Of a DNA stretch of 63,923 nucleotides, positions 1 through 7,995 are shown one piece after another. The stretch's first letter is position 1; each line of letters begins with the position of its first letter. The position numbers and the translations under genes are program-made. Below the pieces are notes generated by a model. It worked only from the letters and a program-made list of their open reading frames with translations, was not told the origin of the DNA and made no database searches. Source of the stretch: a virus. Lineage: Duplodnaviria > Caudoviricetes. Where the stretch lies: the IMG/VR virus record IMGVR_UViG_3300037722_000953, positions 1-63,923 of that record. One strand, written 5' to 3'.

Positions 1-293
1 TGCCACGTGGCATTGTGGTTGGTGTCAGAGATATAGACCTGATCACCAGCCACAATGCTTCTGATTTCGGCGTCACGCTCCCTGCCTTTTCTGTCGGCAC
101 GCAGCATGCGATAATGCTCTAGGCCAGGCAGGCCAAAATAGAGCGCGACGCCCAGGATAGCGATCGCAACGGCGGCCAGCAGTGCCAGGCCGATTAAATC
201 AATCGTCTGTTGAGGCAATCTCAACAGGGTCACGACTAGGATCGTGGTACCCATTGCAATTGACACCCAGGATAATCCGGTCGATAACCTCAT
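1..293 (-). CDS. Probable N-terminal membrane part of the FtsK/TraB-like ATPase (runs off window start; likely joins 62988-63923)
   Basis: Not in ORF track. ATG at 293 opens MRLSTGLSWVSIAMGTTILVVTLLRLPQQTIDLIGLALLAAVAIAILGVALYFGLPG..., two hydrophobic helices, no stop down to base 1. Confidence 0.6.
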   Translation of the reverse strand, partial: MRLSTGLSWVSIAMGTTILVVTLLRLPQQTIDLIGLALLAAVAIAILGVALYFGLPGLEHYRMLRADRKGRERDAEIRSIVAGDQVYISDTNHNATW

Positions 294-424
294 CGTTAAA
301 CCCCGTTCTAAACCCCATCCATCGGCGAGCCTTCCGGACGGCCCACCTTACGCGCTGTACAAACCGCACTTCTTCGGCCCAGATCGTCAGGCCAGCAGTT
401 TGCCGGTTTGAGAGGCGTCTTAAG

Positions 425-703
425 TTAAACATTAAACAGCCCCCACCGCAAACTAACAAACCGGATCCCCGCCACCTTGACCCCCACCTCCACCGCCTCC
501 TGCGCGTCTGCTACTACCCCGGCCAACCTGCCCACCGCGCGGCTGATTTTGCCAGCCAGGGCCAGGCCACCGAAGAGGATATTGAGGCCGGCGATGATGT
601 TTTCGGGGTCGGCCAGTTGGCGCTCTATCCAGAAAAAATCTTCATTCATCATCCGCAGCGACACCGCTACGGATGTCTGATGGCGCATTATGGCGGTGGT
701 CAT
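425..703 (-). CDS. Hypothetical protein
   Basis: ATGA-coupled to 700-939 in the leftward operon. Confidence 0.5.
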   Translation of the reverse strand: MTTAIMRHQTSVAVSLRMMNEDFFWIERQLADPENIIAGLNILFGGLALAGKISRAVGRLAGVVADAQEAVEVGVKVAGIRFVSLRWGLFNV

Positions 704-939
704 ACTAACTCGCTCTCATCGAGGATGTACCAGCAATCCAGCCCGCGACCGTACATTACTCGGGTGATGGGATCGCTGTATCCATCGGGGTGAAAACTCA
801 CGCGGCCATCTCTGGCCGTATGTTGAGCAAAATCGTTGATGTGCATCACGGTAATGCCGCTATCTAGCGCGTATATACCGCTGCCGTTGGGTACTACCAT
901 TGCAACCCGGGGTAATCGGTAATACATTTGGTCGATCAT
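700..939 (-). CDS. Hypothetical protein
   Basis: Start overlaps stop of 939-1121; operon context. Confidence 0.5.
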   Translation of the reverse strand: MIDQMYYRLPRVAMVVPNGSGIYALDSGITVMHINDFAQHTARDGRVSFHPDGYSDPITRVMYGRGLDCWYILDESELV

Positions 940-1121
940 TAGTCAACCTCTTCGACCTGCGGCCAGGTACGCCGCTCCATATCTCTATCGATCAGCCGGC
1001 GCACTATGTTGCTGAGCGTCAATCCATCGCGCCTCAGCAGGTGGCGAATATACTCTATCCGCTTTTCGTCACGCTCAATTGTCGATGTTAGTAGAACGTG
1101 TATATCGTATTTTTCGGTCAT
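939..1121 (-). CDS. Small ribbon-helix-helix-like DNA-binding protein
   Basis: 60 aa; short beta segment then helices 'DGLTLSNIVRRLIDRDM', typical of RHH. Confidence 0.45.
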   Translation of the reverse strand: MTEKYDIHVLLTSTIERDEKRIEYIRHLLRRDGLTLSNIVRRLIDRDMERRTWPQVEEVD

Positions 1122-1136
1122 AATTGTGCGGCTCTA

Positions 1137-1221
1137 TTACGGGGCCGGGATTCGAACCCGGATCATTGGCTTTTCCTGTTTGATGTGTACACGCCCGCTC
1201 TTACCGTTGAGCTACCCCGTA
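1137..1221 (-). tRNA. tRNA-like gene (pseudo-tRNA) with an expanded anticodon loop
   Basis: Acceptor TACGGGG/CCCCGTA+A; D arm GCTC-AACGGTAA-GAGC; T arm CCGGG-TTCGAAT-CCCGG; anticodon stem GGCGT/AAGCC closes an 18-nt loop; no encoded CCA. Confidence 0.7.
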
Positions 1222-1239
1222 TTGCTAAAGTGATTTGTG

Positions 1240-1386
1240 GTGTACGGACCTATAACCTAAACAGTTTGCACCAACAGGCGCCCGTATCGAGCGGGTTATG
1301 GGGTTACAAGCCCCGACTTTGTCCACAACTATCGTCGGTTGGGTATTTAGGTTCGCCGTGTGTCTGTACCCTCCCTCTACCATTCC
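1240..1386 (-). ncRNA. Putative structured ncRNA (long stem capped by tRNA-like hairpins)
   Basis: 1344-1353 pairs with 1254-1263; 1338-1342 with 1271-1275; hairpins GGGG-CTTGTAA-CCCC (1300-1314) and CCCG-CTCGATA-CGGG (1281-1295); directly downstream of a consensus promoter. Confidence 0.5.
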
Positions 1387-1392
1387 GGTAGG

Positions 1393-1421
1393 ATTATAAC
1401 ATTCTTGTCAAAAATTGTCAA
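1393..1421 (-). promoter_or_regulatory. Consensus sigma70 promoter
   Basis: TTGACA-17 nt-TATAAT. Confidence 0.85.
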
Positions 1422-1445
1422 GCATTAGGCCGAAAAGCCCCTGTC

Positions 1446-1733
1446 TTAACCAAGTAAATCCTTCAGATCGTCAGGTGACATGCCCCCTGCCAATGGTGAG
1501 GCGATCAACTGTTTGTTCTCTTGCTCTGCCTGGTATTCGGGTGACATTTGATGCATAACGAGTACCCCGGCTGCAACATCGTCACGATCGCGGTAGCTTG
1601 CCGGTGATCGGCTCATGATCCGGGACATCGCCCCAAGCAGCCCCGCTATTGCCAGATTGTCGCCATTGTTATCCTCAATCCGTTGGCCGGTCTTTTTTTC
1701 CATTCGCTCGGTTAAATCACTTGCTGCTGACAT
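1446..1733 (-). CDS. Hypothetical protein
   Basis: AAGGAG RBS upstream of ATG. Confidence 0.6.
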   Translation of the reverse strand: MSAASDLTERMEKKTGQRIEDNNGDNLAIAGLLGAMSRIMSRSPASYRDRDDVAAGVLVMHQMSPEYQAEQENKQLIASPLAGGMSPDDLKDLLG

Positions 1734-2081
1734 TACAATCTCCTTTTGCCCCGGCTTTTACGGGGCCGCTTTTAGTCAATCACTCACAAGTATCTTTTTG
1801 TTGCCGCATCTCTGGCAACTCTACCAACCACCAATGACGACGTGTATTCGCCATCGGCGGCAAGCATCACAGTACAAGCGCCAAAATTTTCTCATTCCCT
1901 CCTCCTGAACGTAGGTCGCCAGGTTGTACGGACCGCGTTCGCCCTCCTGGAACACGAGGTCTACCATATCCTGGCGGCGGGTCGGGCGTTTTTCGATGGA
2001 TGCCAATAGATTCACTTTACTACTCCTTTTAGCCGCCGCCCAACCCCGCTACCCGGTGGCGGCAGGGTCGGGCAACTCTAC

Positions 2082-2618
2082 TTACTCGTACTGCATCACA
2101 GGACGCTCCAACTTTATCACCTTGTCCGGCTTGTCACTGCCGTCCTTCGTAATGTAGCTGGCTATATACGGTTTCATGGGGTAGGTCTGCATCGGGTCCA
2201 GGTCACCGACGAAAAATCCAGCAGCCTCTAGCACCTCCGGCCAGACCATCACGCCGAATTTGGCAAACTTGCCGCCCTTAACCTTCCAGTAAACCTTGCC
2301 GTCGAGGATGCTGGCGGCCAGGGTGTCGGCGGCAAAGGTGAGTTCACTGCTCGGTTGGGCGGTTGGGCGCGACTGAGTGGGGGACTTTGTTTCGCCACGT
2401 TCCACCCGGCGTTGATCGACATACGCGTCGAAAGAAACGTAGCCGTGATCAATCATCCACTTTTCGATGACGGGCATGCGCTCTAGCACCTCGCCCAGGG
2501 TATGAGCGCGGGTAGTCACAAGCCACTCCATTTGAGTAGCCGGGTTGACGACCTTGGCGGTCGCCGAGGCTGGGGCCTCGGGTAGGGGTGGGTTTTGGTT
2601 ACCGTTTGTTTCAGTCAT
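2082..2618 (-). CDS. Hypothetical phage protein
   Basis: 178 aa, GGAGAG RBS, early leftward operon. Confidence 0.65.
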   Translation of the reverse strand: MTETNGNQNPPLPEAPASATAKVVNPATQMEWLVTTRAHTLGEVLERMPVIEKWMIDHGYVSFDAYVDQRRVERGETKSPTQSRPTAQPSSELTFAADTLAASILDGKVYWKVKGGKFAKFGVMVWPEVLEAAGFFVGDLDPMQTYPMKPYIASYITKDGSDKPDKVIKLERPVMQYE

Positions 2619-2639
2619 TTTACTCTCCTGTCTCCGCTA

Positions 2640-3050
2640 CTATGACTTTTTATACCTGTATACCATCTTACCGGTTTGCACCTCGGTCGCCACCAGCGTA
2701 TAGCCGTCAAGCCAGCCTTTGGCCGCAATTGCGGCCATCGTCATGCCTGGCTGGCTTTTCCCCGATTCACCGGCTTTTTTGTACCAGAGAATCGGGGCAG
2801 CCTGGGTCGTGGTCGCCCCAAAGCCGTACTTTTTGGCGCATATAACCAGATCATACACCGGCTGATCCGGGCCCGGGGGTTGGCTTTCCGGGGGCGCGAC
2901 GAGCGCGGCTTTCAGGGCGTCGGCGATGCGTTGATTGTGGTCGAGTTCGGGGTAGCCATCGATAGTGGTAATGATTTTTCTGTATGCCACAGGCGCGATC
3001 CGGCTTAGCTGGCTTAGCTGCCGGTACCGGTTGAGGGTCAGTGTTTTCAC
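2640..3050 (-). CDS. Hypothetical phage protein
   Basis: GTGA-coupled to 3047-3385. Confidence 0.6.
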   Translation of the reverse strand: MKTLTLNRYRQLSQLSRIAPVAYRKIITTIDGYPELDHNQRIADALKAALVAPPESQPPGPDQPVYDLVICAKKYGFGATTTQAAPILWYKKAGESGKSQPGMTMAAIAAKGWLDGYTLVATEVQTGKMVYRYKKS

Positions 3051-3385
3051 GGACGCGCCTCCGGGGCGGCATCCGCCGGGTTCAGCGGGCCAGGTGCGTC
3101 GGGTTCGGGGCCATCCAGGTCTACTATGCCGTTGACGCGGGTCGACCGGTGTGCGTGGTGGCCGTCGAAATCGATTTCGACATAGTATGTACTGCCCCCG
3201 GAGGAGACGACCATCATTTCCTCCAGCTCACTCGTCTCACCTTCTCGGAATACTGCTCTAGTCAGGACGATGGTCGCCTCTTTATAACCTTGCTCGCTAT
3301 AGTACAGCTTTTCCTTTGCGGATTCGAGCTCCTCCGCTGCCCTGACGAATGCCACGACAGCCTTCTTGTCAATCGAGTTCATCAC
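3047..3385 (-). CDS. Hypothetical phage protein
   Basis: AAGGAG RBS; operon context. Confidence 0.6.
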   Translation of the reverse strand: MMNSIDKKAVVAFVRAAEELESAKEKLYYSEQGYKEATIVLTRAVFREGETSELEEMMVVSSGGSTYYVEIDFDGHHAHRSTRVNGIVDLDGPEPDAPGPLNPADAAPEARP

Positions 3386-3414
3386 ATCTTACTCCTTCCG
3401 GCCCCGCAGGGCCA

Positions 3415-3705
3415 CTATTCGCCAGTCTGCAGGCTGGCCTGCTCCAACATAATCAACCGCACTTCAGCCGCACGGCTCAACCGATTCCTACGCCAGGCAC
3501 GGAGCCTGGCCCCTTCGGCCGACAGCGTACCGGCTAACCTGGCCAGCATATCGGCGGCCATTTCGGTTGCCAGCGAATCGGCTAACAGGTCCAACATGTC
3601 AAGGTCTGCGCTCATAACCGCTTGCTCGCGTTCCACTTGTTCCCGTGCCGCGCTCAGGACTGAGCGGCTCGTGTTTTTTACCAGGTCCAATCCGTACTTC
3701 ATCAT
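3415..3705 (-). CDS. Hypothetical protein
   Basis: GGAGG RBS; ATGA-coupled to 3702-3950. Confidence 0.55.
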   Translation of the reverse strand: MMKYGLDLVKNTSRSVLSAAREQVEREQAVMSADLDMLDLLADSLATEMAADMLARLAGTLSAEGARLRAWRRNRLSRAAEVRLIMLEQASLQTGE

Positions 3706-3950
3706 TCGCCTCCAACTCTCTCGAGTTCGCGGTCGTTGTTCTGATCGCGTGCTATCCGGCCCGTTGCGGTTGGCCAGTAACCGGTACGGATATTCTTGCC
3801 GGTTTGAGCGGCATATTCCAACCGCAACGATTTAATTATGGCCTTGATGGTGGCACACTCTCCAACTACCGCCTCATCATATGCACGCCAAGCGGCGTCA
3901 TACAGGGTTTGGATTGTGCTCGATGTCAAAGTGTACAATTCAACGTTCAC
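3702..3950 (-). CDS. Hypothetical protein
   Basis: AAGGAG RBS before GTG. Confidence 0.55.
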   Translation of the reverse strand: MNVELYTLTSSTIQTLYDAAWRAYDEAVVGECATIKAIIKSLRLEYAAQTGKNIRTGYWPTATGRIARDQNNDRELERVGGE

Positions 3951-3961
3951 AGTTTGCTCCT

Positions 3962-4153
3962 TTATCTAAAGTCGACCCGGTCAATGGCATCGTAAAACGC
4001 CGCCAAGAACTCCGGCGTCCGGGGCAGTATTGACCCGCCTCCGACACCACCGTATTCGACGGGCCAGCCGCCTGCCTTCAGTAGGGCAACGATGGCGGCG
4101 CATCGTTCGGGTTTGCATTCGGTGCATATGGCGCCGGTTCTCAGGATAAACAT
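3962..4153 (-). CDS. Hypothetical protein
   Basis: AGGAG RBS. Confidence 0.55.
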   Translation of the reverse strand: MFILRTGAICTECKPERCAAIVALLKAGGWPVEYGGVGGGSILPRTPEFLAAFYDAIDRVDFR

Positions 4154-4162
4154 TTGTTGCTC

Positions 4163-4411
4163 CTACAGATGGTGATTGTACTTGTGTGTCGAGTTATTGC
4201 CGGTCAGGTTGATCGGCGTAACCTCGAACATCGTGCCATCTCTCTCATAATGTTCGGTCCAGGCGCGACCGCCGTAGGCTTTTAGCAGCTTTTTGGCGGC
4301 CTTGATGCTGACACACACGACGCCCTCTCTCACGACGATCTCGGCAAGGCGGGGGTCCTCTATATGATCGGTATCAAAGTCCTCGTTGGGTTGCCAGAAC
4401 GATAACCTCAC
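4163..4411 (-). CDS. Hypothetical phage protein
   Basis: Coupled to 4411-4665. Confidence 0.55.
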   Translation of the reverse strand: MRLSFWQPNEDFDTDHIEDPRLAEIVVREGVVCVSIKAAKKLLKAYGGRAWTEHYERDGTMFEVTPINLTGNNSTHKYNHHL

Positions 4412-4665
4412 TACCCGTCACCATTATTGGCGCTGAGTGTTCGGACAACCCGGCGGCCATCAACCGTGCCGGTAACAGCGTCCAAACTGTCATTCAGCCG
4501 GCCAAGCTGCTCACCGATTGCCATCATTGTGAGCACCATCACTTTGGTGGTCTGAAAACCCAGGACATCCTGCTTGTCCGCCCCGCTTTCCACTACGGCA
4601 TCGGCAAGCTCTTGCAGGGCCTTGCTCGCCTCTAAAAGTGCGTCCATTTCAACCTCCTGTATCAT
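4411..4665 (-). CDS. Hypothetical protein (probable start at internal ATG after GGAGG)
   Basis: Near the head of the leftward early operon. Confidence 0.55.
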   Translation of the reverse strand: MIQEVEMDALLEASKALQELADAVVESGADKQDVLGFQTTKVMVLTMMAIGEQLGRLNDSLDAVTGTVDGRRVVRTLSANNGDG

Positions 4666-4838
4666 TGTGGCCTGCCATCGTCAGCGCCGGGCGGCCGGTC
4701 CCGGTCGGACGCGCCGGTTAGGGCGCGTTTCGGCTTACTGGCTGTCGGAACGCCGCAGGTCGTCTAACTCAAATCTCTCTGCATTGGTCAACATTTTCAT
4801 TCTCCTCGTGCTAAAAACTTCATAATCAACTATAATTG

Positions 4839-4867
4839 ATTTTACCACACATTGGCTTATTTGTCAA
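4839..4867 (-). promoter_or_regulatory. Leftward early promoter
   Basis: TTGACA-17-TAAAAT with extended -10 TG. Confidence 0.75.
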
Positions 4868-4891
4868 TGGTTTTTTACACGAACTACACGG

Positions 4892-4920
4892 TTGACATTT
4901 TTTTACTTTGCGTTTATAAT
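4892..4920 (+). promoter_or_regulatory. Rightward early promoter (divergent from 4839-4867)
   Basis: TTGACA-17-TATAAT, followed by GGAGG RBS and ATG 4941. Confidence 0.85.
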
Positions 4921-4940
4921 ATCATCGGAGGTATATTGCG

Positions 4941-5165
4941 ATGAATGATTTCAGAACTTTGTTTCTTGGCACCGGACGGACGGTGCTAGATGAAGCTAAA
5001 CGAACCGGCCTATCCAGACCGACGTTCAGCAAGATTGTCTCGAATGAGTATGAGATACCGGATGATCTGATCGTTCGGAAACTGCGGCGCTTTGCCGCAA
5101 AGTATGGTATGAAGGTAGTTATCCGGCTAGAGCCAATCGGGAATGGTAACAATGACCCCCACTGA
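4941..5165 (+). CDS. Cro/Xre-like HTH transcriptional regulator
   Basis: 'VLDEAKRTGLSRPTFSKIV' HTH pattern; first gene after the divergent promoters. Confidence 0.65.
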   Translation: MNDFRTLFLGTGRTVLDEAKRTGLSRPTFSKIVSNEYEIPDDLIVRKLRRFAAKYGMKVVIRLEPIGNGNNDPH

Positions 5166-5325
5166 CGAACTCGCCCGCCTCCGCGCCGAAAACAAGGCGC
5201 TCCGGCTGGCCTGCAAAATGGCTATCGATCCGCTGCGGAAGCGCGGCAGGCGGCCAAAGGTCGGACCGTTTTGCGAGACGTTTACGGGCGTGCTAGAGGA
5301 TGCGGAGAGGATAATCGACAGGTGA
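5143..5325 (+). CDS. Hypothetical protein
   Basis: Operon-coupled small ORF. Confidence 0.45.
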   Translation: MVTMTPTDELARLRAENKALRLACKMAIDPLRKRGRRPKVGPFCETFTGVLEDAERIIDR

Positions 5326-6218
5326 AAATCACCCAGGCGCCCCTGCTACCAGGCACAAAACCGAAGCGCGTCCTACACCTCCGCAATTTTGACCAGGAAA
5401 AACGCGTCGCCCGTGTCCTGCACCTCGGCGCCGGCCGCCAATCGAGCACGCTGGCGGAGATGTCGGCCAGCGGTGATTTGTCACCGATTGATTTTGCGAT
5501 TTTTGCCGACACCGGCAACGAGCCGGACTGGGTATACGGTCAGGTCGATTACCTGGCCGGGCGCGTACCGGTCGTCAGGGTTTCGGGAGGCAATATCGTT
5601 GAGGATGCCAAATCCGGTAGCGGGCGCTTTGCCTCGATGCCGTTTTATACCAAAGATGCCGGCGGCAACGTTGGGCGGCTGAGACGACAATGCACGAGCG
5701 AGTACAAAATCAAGGTAATTCGGGATTACCTGAGAGACTGGCTCATCGAGCATGATTACGGTAAAGTAGCAAGCGACGGCTCGCGCCGGATCGACGCTGG
5801 CGTCTACATCGAGTCGTGGTTCGGGATCTCGTATGATGAGATCGAGCGGTTGAAAAACCGGGCCACGGCCTGGGAGCAGGACATTTATCCGCTGATCGAC
5901 AAGCGGATGTCGGTGAGGGACTGCCTCGATTACCTGCAATCCCACGGCCTGCCCGTACCCGGCAGATCATCATGCCTAGTGTGCGCCTTCCACGACGATG
6001 GCTATTGGCTGGATTTGGCGACCGACCGCCCGGACCTCTTTGAGGAGGCTTGCCAATTCGACGATTGGATCAGGTCACCGGAGGCCGCGCAACGGTTGAC
6101 GGTCGGTCTGCGCGGAGATGTTTTCTTACATAAATCGTGCATCCCGCTGCGCCAAGTCGATTTTGCCGAACAACCGATTGCGCTGCCGATGTTCTGCGGT
6201 GCACACTGTATGACGTGA
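5322..6218 (+). CDS. Phage PAPS-reductase-like (PP-loop/AANH) protein
   Basis: LGAGRQSS PP-loop, FADTGNE, RQCTSEYKI, SSCLVCAFH; GTG 5322 overlaps upstream TGA. Confidence 0.75.
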   Translation: MKITQAPLLPGTKPKRVLHLRNFDQEKRVARVLHLGAGRQSSTLAEMSASGDLSPIDFAIFADTGNEPDWVYGQVDYLAGRVPVVRVSGGNIVEDAKSGSGRFASMPFYTKDAGGNVGRLRRQCTSEYKIKVIRDYLRDWLIEHDYGKVASDGSRRIDAGVYIESWFGISYDEIERLKNRATAWEQDIYPLIDKRMSVRDCLDYLQSHGLPVPGRSSCLVCAFHDDGYWLDLATDRPDLFEEACQFDDWIRSPEAAQRLTVGLRGDVFLHKSCIPLRQVDFAEQPIALPMFCGAHCMT

Positions 6219-6224
6219 GATGAG

Positions 6225-6422
6225 ATGAGCGACGAAATCAAGCAACTCTTCGACGATTACCAGGCCGGCCAAACTGGCCCCGGCTGGGAAAAGCGGCTGC
6301 TGAACCTGGCCGTCCGGTTGGCGAAGGCCAATCGTCACCTGACGGCCGCGCTGCTGGTAAGCCAGCGGCGGTATGCGGAGTTGGCGGACGTGGTAAAAGA
6401 GGCGCATGGGGAGATGGAGTGA
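6225..6422 (+). CDS. Hypothetical protein
   Basis: Coupled between the PAPS-like gene and the C5 MTase. Confidence 0.5.
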   Translation: MSDEIKQLFDDYQAGQTGPGWEKRLLNLAVRLAKANRHLTAALLVSQRRYAELADVVKEAHGEME

Positions 6423-7576
6423 AAACATTTTCGACATTACTAACCGGCGGTGGTGGCTTCGATACCGGCGCGCAGGCGGCAGGGTACAAGCCGCTCTGGG
6501 GCGTCGAAATCGATCCCGACATTGCCAGGTATGCCGAACTGAACACCCCCGGCCTGACGGTTGTCAGGTCGGATATTGCCACCGTCGGCTACGCTGGCCT
6601 GGAACGGCCGTATCACCTGCACGCGTCCCCGCAGTGCGCGAACGCCTCGGTCGCAAACACTAACGCTGGAGAGACAGACGAGGACCTGAGCCAGGCGCGG
6701 GCCATCTGCGGAGCATTGGAGGTCCTGGAGCCGGTATCGTTTTCGCTGGAAAACGTTTGGCGGTACCGGGGTTTCGAGAGCTTCAGAACGATCCGGGATC
6801 GGCTGACCGAGTTGAACTATGCCATCGACTGGTGGCATCTAAACGCGGCTGATTATGGTGTTCCTCAGACACGTAAGCGGCTTGTTCTGCTAGCCAGCCG
6901 CGAGCGCCAACCCCGCAAGCCGACGCCAACGCATAGCGAAAACGGCGGCGCGGGGATGTTTGGCGGTTTGTATCCCCGATGGGTTAGCTGGTACGAGGCC
7001 ATCGAGGACCTGATCCCGACGTTGCCAGATAGCGAGTTCGCGGCCTGGCAACTGGAACGGTTGCCGCCAGAGATGGCAAGTATGCTAGCGGGGGTGTCCG
7101 GGTATGGGGGTCGGGCGGTCAGGGCGATGGTCGAAGAGCCTGCCTTTACCATCACGGCCAACCGCAACCAGACAGGGATAGGAGCGTTCTTGGCCGATGG
7201 ACAGAACAGAAGCTCGGGTACGGTCCGTAACGGGAGCATGCCGGCTTTCGCCATCACCGATCAGTCGAAGGGCGTATCAAGAGCTTTTGTCATTGGCTCG
7301 CAGTATGGCCAGCCCAACACCGTAGAAAACCGGCGTCCGCAAATCAGGACCGGAGATGAGCCGTACTTCACGATTACGGCTAGCGGCGGTCAACACAGCG
7401 GCCAGCGTGCCTTCGTCGGCCCCCGTGTTGTCGGTATGACGCCCCGCGCCCTGGCCCGGATACAGTCAGTGCCGGACAGCTACGCATTACCGGGCTCTAA
7501 TCCGTTGTCTTGTAAGATCATTGGCAATATGGTCCCGCCGCTGTTGGCGCAACGGGTTGTGGAGAGCCTGCAGTGA
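6419..7576 (+). CDS. DNA (cytosine-5)-methyltransferase
   Basis: Motif I LTGGGG, motif IV SPQC, VI ENV, VIII QTRKR, IX ARIQSVPD, X GNMVPP. Confidence 0.9.
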   Translation: MKTFSTLLTGGGGFDTGAQAAGYKPLWGVEIDPDIARYAELNTPGLTVVRSDIATVGYAGLERPYHLHASPQCANASVANTNAGETDEDLSQARAICGALEVLEPVSFSLENVWRYRGFESFRTIRDRLTELNYAIDWWHLNAADYGVPQTRKRLVLLASRERQPRKPTPTHSENGGAGMFGGLYPRWVSWYEAIEDLIPTLPDSEFAAWQLERLPPEMASMLAGVSGYGGRAVRAMVEEPAFTITANRNQTGIGAFLADGQNRSSGTVRNGSMPAFAITDQSKGVSRAFVIGSQYGQPNTVENRRPQIRTGDEPYFTITASGGQHSGQRAFVGPRVVGMTPRALARIQSVPDSYALPGSNPLSCKIIGNMVPPLLAQRVVESLQ

Positions 7577-7727
7577 CCAGCCCACCCCTTGACCTTCTCA
7601 TTCTGCGCCGCTTGGGCTGGCTCGTCGGGACGTGGCAAGTGGAAAAGTGTTGGTGCGGAGCGTGGCATTTGAGGAGGAAAAACCGATGACCAACCCACCC
7701 CTCGACCTTCTCATCCTACGCCGCTTG
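7573..7727 (+). repeat. 42-bp imperfect direct repeat forming the N-termini of two tandem micro-ORFs (7573-7689, 7686-7844)
   Basis: 7573-7614 vs 7686-7727: MTSPPLDLLILRRL vs MTNPPLDLLILRRL. Confidence 0.8.
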
Positions 7728-7836
7728 CTTATCCTCTACCTGTGGCGACGCACCAAAGAGCGTAAGCGGTTGCGGCCACCGGTGTCTTTTGGCAACCGTA
7801 AACAGGATTTTTGGGCGATGGAAGGGAAGGTTAGTG

Positions 7837-7995
7837 ATGGGTAGGAATTGGCAGCCGAAGTATAAATGCTACTGTGAGGCATGCGGGTGGCGCGGCGTGC
7901 GGACCGATAGGACGATGCGCAGGCGGTGTCCACGATGCAGTCACTATCCGGTGAAGCCACTGCCGAAAAGGGAGGCCGATGAACACCGCACCTGA
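7837..7995 (+). CDS. Small zinc-ribbon protein
   Basis: CEAC...CPRC. Confidence 0.5.
   Translation: MGRNWQPKYKCYCEACGWRGVRTDRTMRRRCPRCSHYPVKPLPKREADEHRT

Noticed and set aside
1281-1314. Functional tRNA-Thr(UGU)
   Set aside because: Only anticodon-like and T-like hairpins are good; the D arm is absent and the acceptor mismatched. Kept as part of a structured RNA
3041-3835. Long opposite-strand ORFs (e.g. 182-793, 3041-3835, 9252-10004, 20094-20780, 27783-28409, 30270-30953)
   Set aside because: Shadow frames of better-supported coupled genes in GC-rich DNA; no RBS or motifs
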